Assembly: GCA_026025075.1 (NCBI GenBank)
Contig: JAPEUI010000126.1
Location: 1-44,155 of the forward strand
Origin: Vezdaea acicularis
Taxonomy: Eukaryota
Direction: 5' to 3'
DNA: 44,155 bases
The notes under the pieces are model-generated. The model searched no databases. It saw only the letters and a list, made by a program, of their open reading frames with translations, and was not told the origin of the DNA. The position numbers and the translations under genes were made by a program. Of this stretch, positions 1-11,718 are shown piece by piece (position 1 is the stretch's first letter; each line of letters begins with the position of its first letter).

Positions 1-1632
1 AGCCTGCGCCACCGGAGCCGCCGCCGCCGCCGCTGCCACCACCAGCAGAGCCTCCACCATTACCGGGCGAGCCGGGCAGGCCGGAGACGGTGAAAGTGGG
101 GAGGGCGCCTGATGCGACAGGGCCGGCGGTGGGGGAGGCTTTGGGGGCGGTGGCGGTTGCGCCGCCGGTGGCTTTGCCGCCGATGACTTTCTGGACGGCG
201 TCGGGGACGAGGTAGCCGTAGCTGCCCTGGAGCCCTTCGTAGCCGGCGTGCTGCTGCGAGGTCTGCTGGTTGAGTGGGGGCGCGCCGGCGAGGGCCTCGT
301 AGGTGTTTTGCCAGCTGAGGCTGCTCATGTTGAAGATGTAGATACCGGGGGAGTCGCAGGATAGGTTCTGTCCGACGTACCCGCCGACGACGACCATCTG
401 CGCGTTCCACGCGTGGCACGTATGGCCGGCGCGCGCGGGTGGGGTGGATTGAGAGGTGGTGTCCACGCTGATCCAGGTGAAGCTAGGCAGGGACAGGATC
501 CACATGTCGTCGTACTGCACCTGCGAGCCGTACGGGATCAGGTTCTGGCCGCCGTACAGGTGGATGTTGAAGGATGAGCCGTCAGGGGCGGCGACGACGA
601 CGGCACAGGGATTGACGCGTGGAGAAGGCGCTGTGCCGGATGTAGCTTGCTTGAAGAACTGGCTGGTGGCGACGTCGTAGATGTCCACGACGTTCATCTG
701 GGAGAAGGATTCGTTCGTGCCGCCGCCGAGGCCGACGATTACCCCCTCTTTGCCCCAGGCGGGTACGAAGACGAAGACGCCGTCGGCGCGCTCAGGGAAG
801 CCAGCGCCTTCTTGGAGGCCGCCTTGTGTGATGTTGCGCCATACGCCGTCGGGGCCTGCGCTTTTGCCGCCGGTGAGGTCTTGGATGCCGGTATTTGTTG
901 AGCCGGGGAAGGTGTATTCGATAAGAGACTTAAGGTAGACTCGTGGGACAGACTGTGACCAACCCGGTGTCGTGTAACCATCGAGATGTCCTCCAAAGAA
1001 CCATCCTCTTCCGAGTAGAGGGACGTTGGCTCCTGCTCCTTCCGCAGCCCTCTGTACAGGAGCGCCGCCCGTCTCGGAGTTGTTACCTGCTGATGTCTTC
1101 GGGTTTTGGTGGTTGATCCACGAGGACGACTGGATACTATACTCCCAAAGGCTGAATGGATCGGGGTTGGTCACGGGGTGGTCGGAGTACAGACCACCGT
1201 AGAGGAAGACAGATGTTAAAGAACTCCAGAGATACGCGTTCGCTACAGCGGGAGGGCCTGAGGGCTGCGGCAGCCCATTGAGCGCAGGTGATGATATCTG
1301 CCATGACTTGGTCAAGTCGAGAGTCAGGAAGTCGTTATCTATTATCTGGGTTAGTAACACGATTTTGCGAAGGGCATTAATGACTTACTCCACGTATCAC
1401 TCTTCTGACCTGTGGCACTGGATGCCTGTCCTCCATAGACATATAGCGTGCCATTGACCACCGCAGATTGATGGCTCCAGCGTACACACACATCCGTTGG
1501 GCTATCCGCTCTTGGAAGCAGCGCTCGCGACTCTATGAGGTCTCGCCGAGGAAGTATGTTTGTAACGACACCGGCGAAGATGCTAGGTACTGTGTAGATA
1601 GCTAATATCGCAAGGACACCGTTGACTATCAT
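1..1632 (-). CDS. Secreted or membrane-associated kelch-repeat (beta-propeller) protein; 3' end lies outside the window. Exons 1632-1389 and 1338-<1
   Basis: Signal-peptide-like N-terminus MIVNGVLAILAIYTVPSIFAG. Kelch-type motifs HQSAVVNGTLYVYGG, NDFLTLDLTKSWQIS, SVFLYGG and GRGWFFGGHLD. The intron 1388-1339 has a GTAAGT donor, CTAAC branch site and TAG acceptor and keeps the frame. Confidence 0.85.
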
Positions 1633-2475
1633 CTTTGAAGCAAGGGACTGTGATAGACCAGCAATTGAACCGGGTCTCCAGGTTGAGGATGTGTTCGGAC
1701 GCAGATTCGCTCAAGCAGCCTCTAGACGATATTTCTTTCGCTCAATACATGTGACGGAGTACCAAGTGTGTGGCAATGGTCCTCGGCAGAGCACGGCAGA
1801 CGTGTTCGTAAGGTTGCGATAGACAAGTGAAGGGAAAGAAGCACCAGCAATTCGATGTCACAATTATGAATGAGACACTGTACCCACACCCGCTCACACG
1901 TCGTGATCTGGGCTGGCAAGAAATACCGTCCCTCGAGAGGCCGGCGACCAAACGGCGCGCCACGGGCCATTGGCTAGCTCGTGGATTGACCGCCCAGCCC
2001 TTCTCTCTTCGCGTGTCATATTGGGCGTGTTGTCTGGGAATCAGGGATTTCGCTTGGGAGGGAGTGACGTTGGGGCGTGGTCATCGAAACTGCTTTGGGC
2101 GATGGCGCGCCGCCAACCAGGAATAGAATAGGGCCCGGATTGGCTCTTGCCCTCGATCGTCAAATTTCAGGATATGGGGTTGGTGTACTTGCGATGGGAT
2201 GGCAACGATCGTCGCGGCTTCACGCCATCATCCCTTTCACTTCGCGAGTGGATTCTAGTAATGGCTGATGCTGTTAATCGGGACTTTGATAGGAACAGGA
2301 AGCTCGGTTCCATGCACGACAGCAGCATTTGCTAAATTTACGCATCCTCGGCCGAAACCTGTCCACCAAATCCAAGCAAAAGGGCCTTTTCTCCAGTTCG
2401 CCACCATTCGATAACATTTAGGCTCAAGGTTTTGAGGCGCAGTGCATCGGACCCATCTTTTCGTCAAAAGCTACC

Positions 2476-3186
2476 ATGGCACAATCAAACGGGTCTAGAT
2501 CAGGGGCACAACCAAACGTGTGGATACTTGCGGCTGATAACAACCCATCACTAATCGAACATCTACGGGCGAACCCAAATCTTGCGTCGGCCCAGGACGA
2601 ATCTGGATATTCCGTCTTACACGCAGCGATCTCATACAATCACCTCGAGCTCGCCCGCCGATTAGTGAATGAATTCCACGTGGATGTCAACGTGTTGGAT
2701 GGCGATGGGGAGAGCCCCGTCTTCTCGGCAGAGACTGTTGAAGCAGCAAAGGTCCTCGTCGAAGAGCTAGGAGCAGATGTGAGTCTCAAGAACAGCGACG
2801 GCTGGACTCCAGCTCAAAAGATTCTGGATGAAGGCGACTGGCCTCTCGTCGGAGCGTATCTTGCGGAAGCGCAGAGCAAGGCCATGCTCCCATCAGGCGC
2901 AGGCTCATCATCTGGAACGTCGATTTTATCAAATGGACCTACTCGACCGCCTCTGTTGCCTGAGGGTGTCTCCGTCAATGTGGGAGCGATGGAGGAGCAG
3001 TCTATGGGCGATGACGCCGACGTTGTCGATCCGGAATTTAAGAGGCGTATCGATGCATTAGCTGCACGGGAGGACTTTCAGGGCGACGAAGGGCAACGAC
3101 AATTGAGAGAATTGATTACGGAAGCCGTCCGAGATCATGTTGTCGGTGAGGCCGGCGAGCGTGAGGTGCGCCAGCGGACAGGCTGA
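2476..3186 (+). CDS. Ankyrin-repeat protein, 236 aa, single exon (resembles the yeast YCR051W-type family)
   Basis: Ankyrin motifs QDESGYSVLHAAISYNHLELARRLV, DVNVLDGDGESPVF and GADVSLKNSDGWTP. C-terminal DPEFKRRIDALAAREDF segment is typical of this fungal family. Confidence 0.88.
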   Translation: MAQSNGSRSGAQPNVWILAADNNPSLIEHLRANPNLASAQDESGYSVLHAAISYNHLELARRLVNEFHVDVNVLDGDGESPVFSAETVEAAKVLVEELGADVSLKNSDGWTPAQKILDEGDWPLVGAYLAEAQSKAMLPSGAGSSSGTSILSNGPTRPPLLPEGVSVNVGAMEEQSMGDDADVVDPEFKRRIDALAAREDFQGDEGQRQLRELITEAVRDHVVGEAGEREVRQRTG

Positions 3187-3788
3187 GCGGCCATTGGACC
3201 GTGGTCGCGTTTATCTCCTGCAGGACTTGGGCTTTGGGCTCGGTTCCACCGTCTTGACTAAGCAGCAGCCACCGACTTTCTTTCTCGGACTGCCGACGCG
3301 ATGAACGCCGCGGCATGAGCGGCGACAAGAGGAGTCAAAGCACGGGCTGATGACTAGGTGGCAGCCCTCGCAATCATATATGTAGTTAGGGCAGAGCCCG
3401 CGAACAGATCACAGTTGCCGTAATGCACGTTGGAGTTCGCGTCGTCCTACTCGTCGTTCGCTGTCGAGCAGATGCACCCGAACCGACGCCCCAACTACGG
3501 TACCGGTGGCGTGCTTAGCCCGACTATCGATCCAATGGCACGACTGAGACGCAAACCCGGCTCCTGGGAGCTGTCCCTTCTTCCCCGACGATTAGGACGG
3601 AGCTTAATGCACGATGGACAGGGCGAGGATGGGAGGGCACAGAAGCCGTGCAGCGACAGCGAGCTGCATAAATTGGGACCGTCCCCAGGCGAACGGTACT
3701 TGATGCACCGAATTGAGCTGATCTACCACCTTGGAGCCATCATCACCTTCAGCCCTTCGTCGCTGTGACGCAGACGGAGCCTTGGACC

Positions 3789-5214
3789 ATGTGGGCGAAA
3801 ATCAACGATGGCGCGCAAGCGATGTTCGAGAAGGTGACGGGGAAAGAGGCACCGGAGCGATTCAAGAGATCGAATTCCTCCCGCCGTTTCTCCACCCTCT
3901 CGTTCTTCAAACCAGCCCAGGAAAAGCCGCTGACCGAAACTTCTTCGACGCTGGCCCCCAGCACAACAGAGAACCAAACTCAACCTCGGTCTCAAGCTCC
4001 ATCTCAGCCAACACGAGACGCCGTGTCGTCTCCAAAGGCAACTGAGCACCAGGCTCAGGTGTCACCAGCTCCCGCAATGTCCTCCCCGCCAATCAAGAAC
4101 GTCATGATCGCAGGAGTATGTCCCCCCACCCTTTTCTCATCATATCTTCACTACAGAATGTCTCCCATCTTAACAGTCAACATGTGCTCTCCATATCTCT
4201 ACATCTCGCCTCCCCGCCCTCCCATCCTCCATACATTCACTGGCCGCCTTCCCTACATCCCGCTAATACTCTCCTTTCCCACAGGCAACAGGCCATGCCG
4301 GTCAGCCTATTCTCACTGCGCTCCTGTCATCACCCCAATACACAGTCTCGATCCTTGCCCGCCATGACTCCCCTTCCGTATACCCCCCAAACGTCCCTGT
4401 TCACCGCACCGATTACACCGTCGCCTCCCTCACCCCCCTTCTCGCGGGAATCGACTGCGTAGTTGCCTGCCTCACGGGGCGCGCCTGCCTGCTCCAACTC
4501 GCCCTCATCGACGCCTGCCTTGCCGCCGGCGTCCGGCACTACATCCCCTCTGAATACGGCTGCAACACCTCGACCACCAAGTCAGCCAGCCTCCAGAAAA
4601 TAAGTCTCGACGCCCTACGCACGGTCGAAGAGAAGTTAAAGGCTTCCACGCGGGAAGATACCGCGGGGGGCGCCATGAACGAGTTCCACTGGACCGGCAT
4701 CAACTGCGGCGCCTTCTTCGACGCGGCCCTCCTCAGCGGCTTCCTCGATATCGACCCGCGCAAGCGCCACGCCCAGCTCTGGGACGACGGCGCCGTCCGC
4801 TCCAGCATGACCACCACCGCCACCCTCGGCGCCGCCGTCGTCGCCGTCCTCTCCCCCGCCATCCGCCCCACCGTCCTCGACCGCTTCGTCTACATCCAGT
4901 CCTTCGCCGCCTCGCAAAAGGATATTCTGGCCGCCCTGGAAAAGCACCGGCTCGATAAAGGAGGCGAGGAGTTGGGCATCGAGTGGACGGTCAGTCATAC
5001 CACGAGCGAAGACCAGATGCGAGAGGCGGCCGAGGCGCTGGGGAAGGGTGACGTCTTTGGTGCTTTTCGTCGCTGGATCTTCGCCATGATGGTCGATCCC
5101 CAGAGCGGCTGCGATTGGAGCGACAAGGCGGAGAATCAGCTTTTGGGACTGCAGCCGCAGTCGTTGGAGGGAGAGGTCGAGAAGGTCTTGCGTATCCTCG
5201 AAGGGGGGAAGTAA
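3789..5214 (+). CDS. NmrA-like / isoflavone-reductase-like NAD(P)-binding oxidoreductase. Exons 3789 (or 4077)-4115 and 4285-5214; start codon uncertain
   Basis: Removing intron 4116-4284 (GTATGT...CTAAT...CAG) gives the Rossmann motif IKNVMIAG|ATGHAG, then LIDACLAAGVRHYIPSEYG and WTGINCGAFFD, all typical of the family. Confidence 0.85.
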
Positions 5215-5748
5215 GCCGGAAAATACATGTGGTTTTGCAAAAGGGGAAAGCAGGAGAAGGAGGAGGAGAGAGATGAGCGTATTGTTGGGCGTGTAGAATT
5301 CCACCCCGAATACGTTTTTCCATTGCGTGTGAGGCTTTCTATACTTCGCTTCGCGTTCGCTTTTACGCCGCGCTTGCTTGGCTGGGTGGTGGCTGCTACA
5401 GTAGATGATATTCATATTCCTCTCCAAGACTCTCTCCCTCTCCGTACGGAAACCCCTGGTATTGAGATTTGTATTGGTATGATTAATCCATGAACCCCAC
5501 TCTCCATCCACAGTCCCCACCCCGTCCCCACCCTGCCCCTATCTCTCGGAACCGAACCAAAACTCCACATCTCCCCCATCCTCCCTCAGCTCCCCTAGTC
5601 TAGTCCGGTCTAGTCCGGTCTCCAAGTCCTACAACGCACTCAACTCTACTTTCTGGATATGAACTGCACTCCGCCACTCCAACTGCCTTCCAGCATCCAA
5701 TCTAGCCCCTTCCACCTCGAACCCCATCCCTCCCTTCCCCAAGAAAGG

Positions 5749-8515
5749 CTAAGCATACTTCCCCAACTCCGGGCCTTGACCGCTTCCATACGGAGCCTGC
5801 TGTTCCTGACCCTGCCCCTGCCCCTGTCCGGACCCAGCACCGTAATAGGCGCCACCTCCATACGGTACCTGTGGCTGCTCCTGCTCCTCTCCCTGCTGAT
5901 ACTGCTGCTGTTGCTGATGATACTCGCCATACTGGCCATACTCCATTGCATACCCGGAGCTGGGTAGGGGTTCATACGGGGGTTCACCGGCCCGGGAGCC
6001 ACGGGAGTAACCGTACGAGGGACTGGGGGCGGAGGGGGTGAGGGGGGGTGGGGGGTGGAGTGTTGTGTGGCTATGGGGTTTTTGTGTTAGTTTTGTGGGA
6101 GGGATTGAGGGGAGGAGGAGGGGCGTACCCAGCTTCGTATCCAAGTTGGCTTCCGTAATATTCGCCGCTACTACCGGGTCTCGCGAGGCCACTACTACTC
6201 GATGGCCGGCTTCCATAGGGGCTGATGCTGGGACTAGGCGTGCGTTCCCAGTTCCTGCCGCCGGGCTCGATGCCGCTTCCAGGGGGATATCTCTGGTTTG
6301 AATCCGGTCCCTCGTTCAAGCCGCCCTCGTCCAGGCCCCTGCCCACGCCCGGAAGGTCCCAGACGCTGCCCTTGACCTTGCCGAAGCCGGGGACATAGCT
6401 GGCGAGGGAGCTGAGACCGCTGGTAGCGCCGCCACTGGCCTTTTGCTGGATTTTGCTGGAGATGCCGGAGATGCCGGAGGCGGCGCCTTCGTTCTCGTTG
6501 GCGTTGGTGTGGTTTTTGCCGTGGCGGACGCCGTCGCGGGAGAGGGTGGTGTTGAGGGAGGAGCCGCGGTCGGGGAGGGAGTGGAGCCAGGAGCTGACGG
6601 CCTCGAACATGGCGCGCTGCACCTCGATGCTGTTGTCGCGGATGGCGGGGTGGTGGAAGGCGCGGACGACGTCGTCGAGGACTTGCGTGACGGGGACGTC
6701 CGGGTGCTGCCAGGCGTAGATGACGCGGGGGGCGACGTATTTGAGGATGACGCCGGCGACTTGGCCGGCGGGCTCGTTGAGGATGTTGCTGAAGTGGTCT
6801 TTGGAGAGGAGGGAGTGGGTGGGGTCGGAGCAGGAGGCGGTGTCGAAGACTTCGTACTGGTGCTTTGCGGAGGCGCCGACGACGCCGGAGGAGCCGACTT
6901 TGAGCGACTTTTCGACGGCGGCGATGATGGGCCGGATGAAGGGCGCGAGCAGGGAGAGTACGAAGAGCGTCACTGTCTCGGTGATCTTCGTGACGAGCGC
7001 CTCGAGCCCGGGGATCTTCTCGATGGTGCTGTCGATGGCGCGGACCACTTTGTCGCGGAACTCGAGGATTGGGTAGATCTTCTTGATTGTTTCTTGAGGG
7101 TTGATGTCGAGGCCGGGGATGTTCGGGCCAGGGGGCCCGCCGACAGAGCCTGGAGGGGCGGCGAAAGCGCCGCTGATGCCGCCACCGCTGTTGAAGGCGC
7201 CGGCGCGGGGGATGTCCCGGTTGATGTCGTTGTAGCCGCCGCGGCCCTGGTTCACCATCTCCTGCGCGTCCGAGCTGCGTTTTAGTTCCTCGGCTTCGGC
7301 GCAAAGAGAGCCGCCCATGCCGGGGAGCTGGCCCAGGAGATCGGTCATGGCGGAGAGCTGGCTGACGCTGTTGCTACTCCCGCCGATGCCACGCGCGGTG
7401 TCGCGGCCGCTCGTGCCTTGGGCAGCGGTTTGGGCATCGCCCAGGGCGAGGTCAAGCTCTTCAACTTCGGACTGGGTGAAGTGGTCTGTTGCTTCGCCGA
7501 GGACACTGTGTAGAAAGTCGACGGCACCGAAAGTGCCCGTGACGAGGGGGTATACCCGCTTGCCCCGAAGGTTGATCTCAGTGCCTGCCCCGACAAGTGG
7601 GAAGACATTGGTGAAGCCAAGTTCACGAAGGGACAGCTCGGTGTAGTTCGTGTGCGCGCCAAAGTCTTCCATGCAGTGGAGGGCTTGGCCTAGGCACCGT
7701 AAGGCCTCGTGTAGGTCCGCTTTGTTGCCTTTGGACAGGCCGGAGCCATGGGTGTAAAGCCGGCCGAAGTGAATGGACCGCGTTAAGCTATATTTCACAT
7801 AGCCGGTGCTTGTTGCCCAATTGCCGCGTTCATTGGCAATATAGTTCTTCATGCCCGTGTTGGGGTCGATCTCCAGCTCAATGGGCATAACGGGAGGGCG
7901 GAGACGGGAGTCGTATGTGCGCGCATCCTCGTTGTCAGCGTAGTCTTTGGGGTTGTCTCTGAACCTTGGTAAGTACAGATTCGGAGGAAAGGGGTGATAT
8001 TGACGAACATGTGCTCCTCTGGTCTGTAGGTGCCCAGCCTATCGGCGGTGACTTCAAACTCTCGCGTCGCAAAGCCAAAGGACATGAAGGATAGAACCCA
8101 GACCTGCCCTGACATTAGCCCATATGCCTTTGACTGTCCAGAGAGATTGTCGCACCAAGATACGTATCGTGTCAGCTTGGACGCCCTATATCGATTTCAG
8201 TCAGCAGCGCACAAAAGCTACGACTCAGCTCAAAGCGAGAGATACCTTCAGCGTGCCCACATCGACAGCTTGCGAGTAATCTCTCAGCCAATTGCCAAAG
8301 TAGACTCTCTTGACCATAGTCGTGGTCCATTTATGGCCCTTCAAGAAAGCAATGCCCTTGATCAGATCCTCAATATCGCCATGTCGCCAATTATGGCCCT
8401 CGATCTTCGAGATCGACGCGATATTGCCCGCGCCGAACGCCGCCGCCGGAGTCGCCCAGAAGCTGAGTCCGATCAAGACTACGAGCGCAAACGAAAAGCT
8501 GTTGGAGGCTGCCAT
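5749..8515 (-). CDS. het-c: Het-C domain protein (heterokaryon incompatibility Het-C / TinC-like). Exons 8515-8246, 8185-8156, 8103-8009, 7958-6129 and 6070-5749
   Basis: Signal peptide followed by FGAGNIASISKIEGHNWRHGDIED, RVYFGNWLRDYSQAVDVG, EEHIDNPKDYADN, LGQALHCMEDFGAHTNY and SDPTHSLLSKDHFSNILN. All four introns are GT-AG and restore the frame. Orthology to the Neurospora het-c locus versus a paralogue cannot be settled here. Confidence 0.92.
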
Positions 8516-9918
8516 CTTGGAGTCCTATGGCCTTGGGATTGTTGGGAGAGTAAGCATAGAGGTGAAGAGGTGAAGAGCTGGCTAAGCTCGTCTCTACCTG
8601 CAAAGAGACTTGAAGTGAATTGACCAGGAGTGGGGGTTGGAGGGGTAGCTGGACTCGGCTCAGCTGAAACGGCTGGGGTGACGCTGGTGGCGTGCGAGCG
8701 GCCGTAGCAACATGTGAATGATCCAAGTCGTCCTCGCAACATCTCACCTCATCCACCAACCCACCAAAGACGATCGCCTTCAGTTGCGCTACGTCAACAT
8801 GCCTAAACCGCCAAACCGCCCATCTTCACATTCTAAGAACCCACTCTGTGCACTCCGTGGGCAAATCTCATCCCTAGACTCTCAGCTTGGATAGCGTGTG
8901 TCTGAGATGACATGCGATATAGCCCCCTTTCCTCCCCCTCCCCTTTGTGGCCCGGAGAGCTAAGATGTAGAGTGAGGATGTCCTTGATTCAAGCATGGAG
9001 TTCTAGATATGAAAGGAAATGAGCACCTTCTGCATGGCAAGTCTTGGCCGAAAGGGGGGTTTGGCTGATATCAATTGTCTATTTCATGAAATGCTGCAGC
9101 TTGGGATTCTTCCAACCCAAGAACGCTCGTAGGTTTAAAGCTAAAGCGAAGTCTCGTCACAGGCAAGATAGTCCCAGTTGCAAAGTGTGTTATATTTCCT
9201 GATGGAACCGCACATTAAGCTAAGTCTGGAGAACTAAACTCGGTGAACGCAGATGACGACGGACCAAACACGCAGATAATGAGGCAGAAAGCAAGAAAGC
9301 CCAGTGAGAATATCAGAACCAGCCACCCATTCCTCCATCCGTCCGCCCGCCGTGCAAATGTACCCCTTAGCGACCCTTGAAATAGGCGGAGGTAAAGGTG
9401 TTCCGTAGCAAACCCCCCCCTCCCCCCTCCCAAAGCAAAAAGAAGAAAAAGAACCGAAAAAAGAAGATCCCGCTCGTTCCCCGCGCCTAGAGGCGCCAAA
9501 GAAGTTGATATTTGATACCAGGCAATCTAGAGGGTGAGCAAGGAAGATGAGGAAAGGGGGAGGACAGGAGGACGAGATGCGAGCCGAGAATAAACACCTC
9601 AACTTCCTCCACATGCATGCAAACACCGACCCATGTGTCCCCCATGATGAAAGAGAATAACGAATGACGAGGTATCTGAGACAATGATGATTGAAGGATT
9701 CTCATACGCAACCCCAGAGGGAGAAAAAAAAGGATACAAAGAAGTGAATCAAATCAAACCCAACCAAATCCCAAGTGTATGGCGTGTCGAGGAGATATAG
9801 AGATGATGTTGCGAGACCATTTTCGGAGATGGAGATAGTATATCTGTAGTATCGTAAGATGGAATGGCTATACGTTCAAGACGAGAATATCTGTCGCCGT
9901 TGGTGATTTTGGGTTGCG

Positions 9919-11718
9919 TCATGTCATATCCATGCCATATTCGTCTTCTTCCTTGAAGTCGATGGGGTCTTGACCGCTGTCGCCGCTATGCTGGCCACTC
10001 CAATATTGGCCTGGGGCAACGCTTGGCGGCCCGCTGCTGGCACTGTGATTGGTCGGGCTCATGGACTGTGGTGACATGGTGCTGTTCTGACCACCTGCAC
10101 CGTTCGGCTCGCCGGCCATATTCGTGTGCTTCGGAACTCGAAGACCACTGCCCGGTCCTCTCGAATAAGAGAAGGTTGATGCATCGTTCTTCTCCATCGC
10201 ATCGAGTAGTTCGGTTCGCATCCGCTTGTCCTCCTCCGTCTGCTCAAATGGGAAGGTGCCGCCCAGTGACTGAATATACTCTGCCAACGAGGCCTCTTGC
10301 TGCATCTTAGCATGAAGAGCCCACATCAGATCTCGTGTCCAGCCCACCGCACCATTCAGAATGTCGCCTTTGTTCGGCCCTTTGTCTTTCTCTTCAACAG
10401 GTATGCCCGTCGTGATGTTTCCCGCAGCACGTCGGCCATTGCCACCAGCGAGAAGGGAAGTAGCTTGTGGTGGGCTCATGCCCGAGACGCCCAATGTAGG
10501 TGAAAGAGGGGAGTTGTTGACCAAGTGTTTACGGACTTTCTCGTCTTCCAGCCGATGATGAGGTACGAGATGACTAAGCTCTTGGATGCGTTCGTTGATA
10601 TTGTCTCGACGACGACGCTCCACCATGTTGTGTGATTCCCTTCTCCTCCGCCTTTTCGCTTCTTGAGTCTGGAAGGCTGGTTGAGGTGGTACATGGTGAC
10701 CGTTCTCCACCTTAGCTGGAAGAGATGCATGCTTGCCCGACTTCAGAATTTCCGATATCTGAGCGTGATGTGATGGCTGGCCTGGAGATGAGATTGGTGA
10801 ATCGACAAAGGATTGGAGGCTACCCGGCGTGCTGTCCCACTGGTTCGAGAGGCTCTTCTGGTGGCGGTGTTGAGCGATTTGATGTGTGTGTATCGGCTGT
10901 GAAGGGAGGCTGCCCGATTCAGGCGTGCCCAGATTGAGGTTTCCAACTCCCATTCCAGGCGTCTTTGGTGTCATCGGGCTTCTCGACTGGGATGCTTTTC
11001 TCTCCAACCCGGAGTGCATCTTCGAGCGGGGCTTTGCAGTAATGTAGCTATTCTCGAAGGAGCCGCTTTGAACGTCGTTCGTACCGCCGTGCATCCTTGA
11101 TGCATTATACGCCATTCCCTCTGGATGCTGGCCGTAGGCTGGATGCGGCATCTGCCGAAACTGATCATAGTTGAAGTTTTGCTGGATGAATGGGCTTTGG
11201 ATCGGGGCGCCATCGGGAGTGTTTGAGAACATCTGATTCATCGGACCTTGCTGGTTCATTGACAGGGATGTAGGCTGATCCTGCCCAGTGTAAATATGTT
11301 GAACGGAGCCGTGGTTGTTCGGTCCTGAGTGCTGGCCTCCGTAGCCTTGTGATATGTTGTTAAAGTCGTCTGGGTTGCCATTGGGACCATCCAGATTACC
11401 CAAGTCGAGAAGCTCGTCGTCAGCTATGCCGGAATGGTTCATATAAGCCAAGTTCTGCTGCGAGCCGAAGGAAGGGTAGGATTGCATGAAGTTGTTTCCA
11501 TTCTGCATCGGCATGGAGCTCGTCTGCATCGTCAACTCCGATGGATCGATGCTGTCATCTCCTGCCCCGGTGTGGTGCTGGTCGCCAAATTGGTCGAAAT
11601 GGTGGTGGTGGTGCTGCTGCTGCGACATCGTGAAGCCTTGTTGCTGGTGGTTCGAGCCAAAGAGTGAATCTTCCGGCTCGTCTTTGATGAAGGGAGAGAC
11701 CGGTCCTGTGTTAGCCAT
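9919..11718 (-). CDS. bHLH transcription factor of the fungal Rtg3/MiT-TFE-like group; 599 aa from the first ATG, intronless
   Basis: Basic region and helix 1 KRRRRRESHNMVERRRRDNINERIQELSHLVP, a long loop, then helix 2 PNKGDILNGAVGWTRDLMWAL. N-terminus is Q/H/N-rich. The first in-frame ATG is at 11718; the ORF-track start at 12420 is TTG. Confidence 0.9.
   Translation of the reverse strand: MANTGPVSPFIKDEPEDSLFGSNHQQQGFTMSQQQHHHHHFDQFGDQHHTGAGDDSIDPSELTMQTSSMPMQNGNNFMQSYPSFGSQQNLAYMNHSGIADDELLDLGNLDGPNGNPDDFNNISQGYGGQHSGPNNHGSVQHIYTGQDQPTSLSMNQQGPMNQMFSNTPDGAPIQSPFIQQNFNYDQFRQMPHPAYGQHPEGMAYNASRMHGGTNDVQSGSFENSYITAKPRSKMHSGLERKASQSRSPMTPKTPGMGVGNLNLGTPESGSLPSQPIHTHQIAQHRHQKSLSNQWDSTPGSLQSFVDSPISSPGQPSHHAQISEILKSGKHASLPAKVENGHHVPPQPAFQTQEAKRRRRRESHNMVERRRRDNINERIQELSHLVPHHRLEDEKVRKHLVNNSPLSPTLGVSGMSPPQATSLLAGGNGRRAAGNITTGIPVEEKDKGPNKGDILNGAVGWTRDLMWALHAKMQQEASLAEYIQSLGGTFPFEQTEEDKRMRTELLDAMEKNDASTFSYSRGPGSGLRVPKHTNMAGEPNGAGGQNSTMSPQSMSPTNHSASSGPPSVAPGQYWSGQHSGDSGQDPIDFKEEDEYGMDMT

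Noticed and set aside
3343..3405. CTGATGA next to a CGGGCT/AGCCCG stem, suggesting a hammerhead ribozyme or C/D snoRNA
   Set aside because: No stem II followed by GAAA, and no suitably placed D box.
6234..7304. Long alternative-frame and antisense ORFs over het-c (356 aa, 280 aa)
   Set aside because: Shadows of strong third-position C bias in the real CDS; the translations are low-complexity Arg/Pro or Gly/Val/Asp.
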